64,000 nucleotides of DNA from Rickettsiales bacterium (GTDB taxonomy: Bacteria > Pseudomonadota > Alphaproteobacteria > Rickettsiales > UBA3002). The notes below the pieces were generated by a model. The model saw nothing but the letters and a program-made list of their open reading frames with translations. It was not told the origin of the DNA and did no database searches. Every line of letters begins with the position of its first letter. The first letter of the stretch is position 1. The stretch is taken from the NCBI GenBank assembly GCA_037968615.1, contig JBBKVX010000018.1, positions 8,543-72,542 of the forward strand, given 5' to 3'. This document shows, piece by piece, positions 58,415-64,000 of this stretch. Position numbers and translations under genes: made by a program.

Positions 58415-58946
58415 GGCTGATCGCTCCGGTAATGCGCAGGAAATCCTGCGTGCAGGCTTCAAGATGTTTCTTGTCTTTGTCGCGCAGCATATTGGCGTTT
58501 TTCATCGAACCGATGCCGACCATTTGAGGATACACGAACATGCCCAAAAGTTCCAGCGGCACACGCAAATGCTGCAGCCCACTGATGCCGCCACGCACCG
58601 AGGGGCTGGCGCACATCAGCATCGCGGTGCGGCCCTTCAGCGGCGCACGATCATCGACGGAAATCCAGTCGATCAGGTTCTTGAGGCTTCCTGGCACCGA
58701 CCAGTTATATTCCGGGCTGGCGAGCAGCAAACCATCATGCGCCAGTAGCGCATCGGCCAGCAATTTTGCCCCCGCCGGAAGCTCGGTATGTTCCCCGCGA
58801 TAGAGCGGCGCTTCGCAGGCTTCGTATTCCAACGTGGTGACTTCCGCGCCGAGCTTTTGTGCTTCCGCCACTGCATGCGCCAGCAACGTGCGGTTCAGCG
58901 AATTGCTGCGGTAGGATGCGGCCAATGCCAGTAGTTTCACGCTCAT
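58404..58946 (-). CDS. NADPH-dependent FMN reductase family protein
   Basis: [21 protein letters not shown] flavodoxin-like N-terminus. Its 3' end overlaps the downstream transporter start by 11 nt. Confidence 0.8.
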   Translation of the reverse strand: MSVKLLALAASYRSNSLNRTLLAHAVAEAQKLGAEVTTLEYEACEAPLYRGEHTELPAGAKLLADALLAHDGLLLASPEYNWSVPGSLKNLIDWISVDDRAPLKGRTAMLMCASPSVRGGISGLQHLRVPLELLGMFVYPQMVGIGSMKNANMLRDKDKKHLEACTQDFLRITGAISHAN

Positions 58947-59551
58947 GCTTTTAATGCCTCAAGGAACAGCGCGAAGGCGTTCGCGCGATGGCTCATGTTG
59001 TGTTTGGTATGCGGCTCCATTTCGCCAAAAGTGAGCGCATGGCCAGTGGGTACGAAAATGGGGTCATAGCCGAAACCGTGCGTGCCGCGTGCGGGGAAGG
59101 TGAGGGTGCCATGGACTTCGCCACGGAAGGTTTGCGTGCTGCCGTCCGGTGCGCTGAGGGCGAGCACGCAGACGAAATAGGCCGGCGTGCCTTCGGCGGC
59201 GAGGCCTTTTTCGTGCAGCTCGTGCGCCACGCGGGCCATGGCGTGGGTGAAGTCTTTGCTCTCGCCAGCCCAGCGGGCGGAATAGATGCCGGGTGCGCCA
59301 TCCAGCGCCGGAATGGCGAGGCCGGAATCGTCGGACAGTGCATAAAATCCGGTAGCGGAAGCGGCGGCGACGGATTTCAGCGTGGCGTTCGCCTCGAACG
59401 TGTCGCCGGTTTCCTCCGGCTCGGGCAAGCCGAGGTCGGCCGCGGAACGAATGTCGTGGATGTTCAGCGGCGCAAGCAACGCGGCGATCTCGGGCAGCTT
59501 GCCTTTGTTGTGGCTGGCGATGACCAGAGGAGAGAGGCGCGCCGCGTCCAT
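58943..59551 (-). CDS. rdgB: non-canonical purine NTP pyrophosphatase RdgB
   Basis: [24 protein letters not shown] and GFGYDPIF motifs. Confidence 0.9.
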   Translation of the reverse strand: MDAARLSPLVIASHNKGKLPEIAALLAPLNIHDIRSAADLGLPEPEETGDTFEANATLKSVAAASATGFYALSDDSGLAIPALDGAPGIYSARWAGESKDFTHAMARVAHELHEKGLAAEGTPAYFVCVLALSAPDGSTQTFRGEVHGTLTFPARGTHGFGYDPIFVPTGHALTFGEMEPHTKHNMSHRANAFALFLEALKA

Positions 59552-59552
59552 G

Positions 59553-60278
59553 CTAGAAGCCCAGCGCTTTGCGTTGCAGGGCGATCAGATGCGTGATGCC
59601 TTGTTTGCCCAAACCGAGCAGCGCTTCAAGCTGGCCTTCATGGAAGGTGGCTTCTTCGCCCGACATTTGCACTTCGACGAATTTGCCTTCGGCGGTCATG
59701 ATGATGTTGGCGTCGACGCTCGCGCCCGAATCCTCGAGGTAATCGAGATCGAGCAGCGCTTCACCGTTAAAGATGCCGCAGGAAATGGCGGCGACGGGCG
59801 CGATGATGGGGTGCACTTTGAACGCTTTGCGTTTCTCCAGCGTGGCGATGGCCTGAGCGAGCGCTACGAAACCACCGGTGATGCTGGCGGTGCGGGTGCC
59901 GCCATCGGCCTCCAGCACGTCGCAATCGATGACAATCTGGCGTTCGCCGAGATGTTCCAGATCGATCGCCGTGCGCAGCGAGCGGCCGATGAGGCGCTGG
60001 ATTTCCTGCGTGCGGCCCGATTGTTTGCCACGAGCGGCTTCGCGCGGGTTGCGGCTGTTGGTGGCGCGCGGCAACATGCCGTATTCGGCGGTCACCCAGC
60101 CGCGGCCCGTGTTGCGCAGGAACGGCGGCACGCTTTCTTCCACCGTGGCGGTGCACAGCACTTTGGTGTGGCCGAACTCGACGAGACAGGAGCCTTCCGC
60201 ATGGCGCGATACGCCGGAAGTGAGGGTGACGGGGCGCAATTCAGCGGGGCTGCGATCGAACGAACGGGGCATGGACAT
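59553..60278 (-). CDS. rph: ribonuclease PH
   Basis: [30 protein letters not shown] and [15 protein letters not shown] motifs. Start at 60278 or 60272. Confidence 0.9.
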   Translation of the reverse strand: MSMPRSFDRSPAELRPVTLTSGVSRHAEGSCLVEFGHTKVLCTATVEESVPPFLRNTGRGWVTAEYGMLPRATNSRNPREAARGKQSGRTQEIQRLIGRSLRTAIDLEHLGERQIVIDCDVLEADGGTRTASITGGFVALAQAIATLEKRKAFKVHPIIAPVAAISCGIFNGEALLDLDYLEDSGASVDANIIMTAEGKFVEVQMSGEEATFHEGQLEALLGLGKQGITHLIALQRKALGF

Positions 60279-60377
60279 ACTTTCTAAATGATGAGGCCCG
60301 ACCATACGCCATTACTCTGAGGAAAAAAGTAAAAATCGCGCCGCGTGGGCTCCGAACCTATTTAGAACGACATTGCT

Positions 60378-60407
60378 CTTGAATTTTGTTTTCCCCCTCC
60401 CCTATAT
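60378..60407 (+). promoter_or_regulatory. sigma32 (RpoH)-type heat-shock promoter of grpE
   Basis: CTTGAA (60378-60383), a 15-nt spacer, then CCCCTATAT (60399-60407). Compare the E. coli consensus CTTGAA-N13-15-CCCCATNT. Confidence 0.45.
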
Positions 60408-60414
60408 ACGCGGC

Positions 60415-60996
60415 ATGACACAGGAACCACACGAAGACCCCATCGAAGAGATCACCCCCGACATCCAGCCGACGCCGGAGAACGCCATCCATGCGTTGCA
60501 GGTGCTGCTGGAGGAGAAGGACAAAGAACTCGCCGCCATGAAGGACCAAGCGCTGCGCGCGTTGGCCGAGGTGGAGAACACCCGCCGCCGCGCCGAGCGC
60601 GAAATGGGCGACATGAGCAAATACGCCGTGACCAGCTTCGCGCGCGATTTGGTGAGCGTGATCGAGAACCTGCAACGCGCGGTGGAAAGCATCCCCGCCG
60701 AGCTGAAAGAAGCGCAACCCGCCGTGAGCAACCTCGCCATGGGCGTGGAAATGACGCTGAAAGAACTGCTCGGCGTGTTCGAGCGCCAAGGCATCAAACG
60801 CCTCGACCCCATCGGACAGAAATTCGACCACAACTTCCATCAGGCCGTCGCACAGATCGACACGCCCGATGCCGAGCCTGGCACGGTGGTGCAAGTGCTT
60901 CAGGCAGGCTACGTGATCCATGATCGCCTCCTTCGCCCCGCCATGGTCGGTGTGGCCGCGGGAACCCCTGCAAAACAGGTTGATACGCAAGCATAG
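60415..60996 (+). CDS. grpE: nucleotide exchange factor GrpE
   Basis: ATG at 60415. The long N-terminal helix (ALRALAEVENTRRRAEREM) and C-terminal beta domain (VVQVLQAGYVIHDRLLRPAMV) are typical of GrpE. Confidence 0.9.
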   Translation: MTQEPHEDPIEEITPDIQPTPENAIHALQVLLEEKDKELAAMKDQALRALAEVENTRRRAEREMGDMSKYAVTSFARDLVSVIENLQRAVESIPAELKEAQPAVSNLAMGVEMTLKELLGVFERQGIKRLDPIGQKFDHNFHQAVAQIDTPDAEPGTVVQVLQAGYVIHDRLLRPAMVGVAAGTPAKQVDTQA

Positions 60997-61000
60997 TTTT

Positions 61001-61080
61001 TAAGCGCTGCGCGGCGGATGGGGCTCTTTGCCCCAAACCCCGCCGTTTCACGGGTCGGCGGTCGCCTCCCGGGGAGTTCC
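61001..61080 (-). repeat. intergenic repeat family 1, copy D (inverted orientation)
   Basis: The reverse complement reads GGAACTCCCCGGGAGGCGACCGCCGACCCGTGAAACGGCGGGGTTTGGGGCAAAGAGCCCCATCCGCCGCGCAGCGCTTA. Lies between the grpE stop and the ftsX start. Confidence 0.8.
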
Positions 61081-61154
61081 AAATTCTGTTCGTACGGGCG
61101 CTTAAGATGCATGACGCTACTTTACAGACAGTAACAGCCTGCTAGGCTGCGCCC

Positions 61155-62048
61155 ATGAAGAAACGCATCCGCCAGCTCATCACTTCCGACATTCCGTTCG
61201 CGCGCGACGATGCGCACCGCATGCTGCCCGCGATGATCGCGTGCCTCGTCGGTTTTTCGGCGCTGCTGCTGGCTACGGGTCTGTGTCTGAGCCATGCGCT
61301 AGAAAACCAGTCGCGCGACATTTCCGGCGTGCTGCAAGTGGAAGTGCCCGACGACGCCTCCGCCGCCATATTGGACCGCACCATCGCCGCACTGCGCGCC
61401 ACCAGCGGCGTGCAGGACGTGGTGGTGCTGCGCGACGCCGACATGGAAACGCTGCTCAAGCCATGGTTGGGCGATGGCTTCTCAATGAAAAGCCTTCCGG
61501 TGCCCACGCTCATCGACATCAAAACCCGAACCGACAAGAACGGCACGCTGGTCGATACCAAAGCGCTGCGCGAAACGCTCGCCACCATCAACCCCAACAT
61601 TCGCATCGAGGCGCAAGGCCCGTGGGTGAGCCAGTTCGCCGCCGCGCTCAGCCTGCTTCAGGCGCTGGTGCTGCTGGTCGCCATCCTGCTGCTCATCTGC
61701 GTGATCGGCATGATCGTGTTGGTGGCGCGCACCAACCTGAAACTGCATTTCAAAACCGTGGGCCTGTTGCATATGTTCGGCGCCACCGACGACTACATCC
61801 TCACGCAATTCCAGTGGAACAGCGCGTGGCTTGCCGCGCGCGGCGCCATGGCGGGGGTCGGGTTGGCGATGCTGCTGTTCGTGGGTGCCGTGATTTTCTC
61901 GCACAACGCTGACAGCCCGGTGATTCCGCAGCTCGGCTTCAGCGGTATGCATATCGCCACGTTCCTGCTGCTGCCACTGCTTACCGCGCTGGTGGCGCTG
62001 GTGGCCACACGCCTTACGGTGCAGTCGATGCTGCACCACATGCATTAG
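61155..62048 (+). CDS. ftsX: cell-division ABC transporter permease-like protein FtsX
   Basis: 297 aa with TM1, a periplasmic domain and three C-terminal TM segments. HMFGATDDYI corresponds to the conserved FtsX LxGAT motif. Confidence 0.8.
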   Translation: MKKRIRQLITSDIPFARDDAHRMLPAMIACLVGFSALLLATGLCLSHALENQSRDISGVLQVEVPDDASAAILDRTIAALRATSGVQDVVVLRDADMETLLKPWLGDGFSMKSLPVPTLIDIKTRTDKNGTLVDTKALRETLATINPNIRIEAQGPWVSQFAAALSLLQALVLLVAILLLICVIGMIVLVARTNLKLHFKTVGLLHMFGATDDYILTQFQWNSAWLAARGAMAGVGLAMLLFVGAVIFSHNADSPVIPQLGFSGMHIATFLLLPLLTALVALVATRLTVQSMLHHMH

Positions 62049-62049
62049 C

Positions 62050-62640
62050 GTGCGCTGGCTCCTCCGATTGATGCTGGGTTTCGCCGCGCTGTGGTGCGCG
62101 GCGTTCTTCGTGTTCTTGGCCTCCATGTACCTTCCCGCCGAAGACCCCGAAACCCGTACCGATGCACTGATCGTGCTGACCGGCGGCAACGCGCGCGTGG
62201 AGCATGGCTTCACCTTGCTCGCGCAGCAATCCGCGCCCGTTCTGTTCATCAGCGGCGTGGGCGAGAACGTGACGCTTGCCGAAATGCTGGTGGCCCATAC
62301 CCCGCCCGATATGCGCAAAAAAATACTACAACTCAGCTCCGAGATCGTGTTCGATTACGACGCCTCAACCACCCAGACCAACGCCAGCGAAGCCGCCGCG
62401 TTCGTGCGCAAACGCCATTACACTTCCATCCGCCTTATCACCGCGCATTACCACATGCCGCGCAGCATGGTGGAGTTCCAAGCCGCGCTGCCGGGCGTCA
62501 CGATTCTGCGTGAGCCGGTCGTGCCCGAGAGCTTCGCGCGCACCCCATGGTGGCGCAACAAAGCCAGCCGCACGTTGATGCTGCACGAGTTCCATAAATA
62601 CCTCGCCGCCAGCGGCCGTACTTTCATGAATAGGTTCTAA
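62050..62640 (+). CDS. YdcF/ElyC-family (DUF218) protein
   Basis: GTG start, N-terminal TM, and the DUF218 signatures ALIVLTGG and LITAHYHMPRS. Confidence 0.75.
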   Translation: MRWLLRLMLGFAALWCAAFFVFLASMYLPAEDPETRTDALIVLTGGNARVEHGFTLLAQQSAPVLFISGVGENVTLAEMLVAHTPPDMRKKILQLSSEIVFDYDASTTQTNASEAAAFVRKRHYTSIRLITAHYHMPRSMVEFQAALPGVTILREPVVPESFARTPWWRNKASRTLMLHEFHKYLAASGRTFMNRF

Positions 62641-62641
62641 T

Positions 62642-63361
62642 ATGCAGGCTTTACGCACCGCAATTTTCTTCATTGGCTGGGCACTCGGCACGTTGGCGAT
62701 GGGCGCGTTGGGCCTGCCCCTGTTGCTGATGCCGCAGCGCTTTACATGGATGTTCAACATCACCTGGGCCACGCTCACCCTTTGGTGGCTGCGCGTCACC
62801 TGTGGTCTGCACAGCCAGATCGTAAGCGCGCCCGATAGCCAGCTCATCGCCTGCAAGCACCAATCCGCATGGGATACGATCGCGCTGCAACGCATGTTCG
62901 GTAACCCGGTGTTCGTGCTGAAACGCGAGCTGTATCTGGTGCCCATTTTCGGCTGGTTCTTGTGGAAGAGCGGACAGATCGCCATCGACCGCCGCGATGG
63001 CCGTAGCGCCTACGACCAGATCGAAAAACAAGCGCCCAAAATGCTGGCGCAAGGCCGACGCATCATCATGTTCCCCGAAGGCACGCGCGTGCGCGTGGGC
63101 GACAAGAAGCCCTACCGCAGCGGCATTGGTCGCGTCAGCGCATTACTGAACCTTCCGGTGACATTGGCTGCGGTGAATGCGGGGCTTTACTGGCCCAAAC
63201 ACTCGCTCATCAAACAGCCAGGCACCGCAACGTTGAAGTTTTTGCCCTCCGTGCCGGTCTGCGACCGCGACATCGTTAAGTGGATGGCGCAGGTGGAAAC
63301 CATCATCGAGAAAGAATCCGCCGAGCTAGCGGCGAGTGCGGAAAAGCTGCCCATCGCGTAG
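62642..63361 (+). CDS. plsC: 1-acyl-sn-glycerol-3-phosphate acyltransferase
   Basis: HX4D motif (HQSAWD) and the FPEGTR motif. Confidence 0.85.
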   Translation: MQALRTAIFFIGWALGTLAMGALGLPLLLMPQRFTWMFNITWATLTLWWLRVTCGLHSQIVSAPDSQLIACKHQSAWDTIALQRMFGNPVFVLKRELYLVPIFGWFLWKSGQIAIDRRDGRSAYDQIEKQAPKMLAQGRRIIMFPEGTRVRVGDKKPYRSGIGRVSALLNLPVTLAAVNAGLYWPKHSLIKQPGTATLKFLPSVPVCDRDIVKWMAQVETIIEKESAELAASAEKLPIA

Positions 63362-63988
63362 GAACAGGCTGGGATACTGGAACGCTTCCATCAGCGATTC
63401 GTCGTGCGTGGCGAACACGATGGTGGTGCCCACCCGGTTCAGCGAACGGAACAGATGCATCAGCTTCATGCTCAGTTCGTGGTCGAGGTTGCCGGTCGGC
63501 TCATCCGCCAGAATCAGCAACGGTTTGTTGATGACGGCGCGGGCGATGGCCACGCGCTGTTTCTGGCCGCCGGAAAGCAGCGGCGGGCGCACATCGGCAA
63601 ACCCATCCAGCCCGATCCATGCCAGCAGCTCTTTCACTTTGTCTTCGATCATGTCCGGCGTTTCACCGATGATTTTTAGCGGCAGCGCTACGTTGTCGGC
63701 CACGGTGAGGTGGTTCAGCAGTTGGTAATCCTGGAACACGGTGCCGATTTTTCGGCGGGCGAGAGGCAGTTCGTCGCGCGTCAGCTCGGTCACGTCCTGT
63801 CCGAACAAATGCAGCGTGCCCGCCGTGGGCTTCAACGACAGCGACAGCAAACTAAGCAGCGACGATTTGCCCGCACCGCTGGCCCCCGCGATGAAGGTGA
63901 ACGAGCCGGGCTCCAGATGCAGGTTCAGATGCTTTAGCACCGGTTTCCCTGCGAGATACTCGAGCGACATATTGTGACAACGAATCAT
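63326..63988 (-). CDS. ftsE: cell-division ATP-binding protein FtsE
   Basis: Walker [10 protein letters not shown], signature [14 protein letters not shown], Walker [13 protein letters not shown]. The 3' end overlaps plsC convergently by 36 nt. Confidence 0.9.
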   Translation of the reverse strand: MIRCHNMSLEYLAGKPVLKHLNLHLEPGSFTFIAGASGAGKSSLLSLLSLSLKPTAGTLHLFGQDVTELTRDELPLARRKIGTVFQDYQLLNHLTVADNVALPLKIIGETPDMIEDKVKELLAWIGLDGFADVRPPLLSGGQKQRVAIARAVINKPLLILADEPTGNLDHELSMKLMHLFRSLNRVGTTIVFATHDESLMEAFQYPSLFLRDGQLFRTRR

Positions 63989-64000
63989 AGACTTCTCTAT

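Noticed and set aside
60279-60414. Search for a CIRCE element (TTAGCACTC-N9-GAGTGCTAA) upstream of grpE.
   Set aside because: No match or near-match is visible in the 137-bp gap.

Overview
High-GC chromosomal segment (47-65% GC in the 60-nt lines I counted by hand) with alphaproteobacterial gene content and synteny. I found no rRNA, CRISPR array, transposase, integrase or phage gene, and no clearly novel multi-gene system. Most of the window is conserved housekeeping. On the minus strand, yebC-ruvCAB-ybgC-tolQRAB-pal-cpoB-tilS-ftsH-glmM-thiD runs from 34.2 kb down to 19.9 kb. Other core genes are hldE, cutA, rpmE, rsmB, rpe, gmhA, pdxH, rph, rdgB, grpE, ftsX, plsC, ftsE, and two tRNAs (Gln-UUG, Ala-UGC). 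Distinct modules: (1) an MCP plus an Mla/Pqi-like lipid-transport operon (0-4.9 kb). (2) A compact, partly AT-richer glycan locus (5-14.2 kb) combining a dTDP-4-amino-4,6-dideoxyhexose branch with WbqC, an ArnC-like GT2, a methyltransferase, a PhyH dioxygenase and a large possibly GT-C-like membrane protein. This is the most accessory-looking region. (3) A cell-cycle/motility neighbourhood: chpT, cheA-W-Y-B-R, ctrA with a perfect TTAA-N7-TTAA box upstream, then ycgN and fliI-fliJ (41.6-51.9 kb). (4) Envelope thiol-redox genes: an exported 1-Cys MsrB with an exported thioredoxin, and a ScsB/DsbD-like transporter with a peroxiredoxin-like protein. (5) A ydbH-ynbE-ydbL-type operon with an unusually short YdbH. 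Structure not explained by genes: a ~80-bp intergenic repeat family (4 copies), a two-hairpin ~82-bp repeat family (2 copies, one compensatory stem change), ftsE uncoupled from ftsX, and sigma32-like and sigma70-like promoters abutting the grpE and fliI start codons. All functional calls rest on my recognition of motifs in the translated ORFs. No database search was run.
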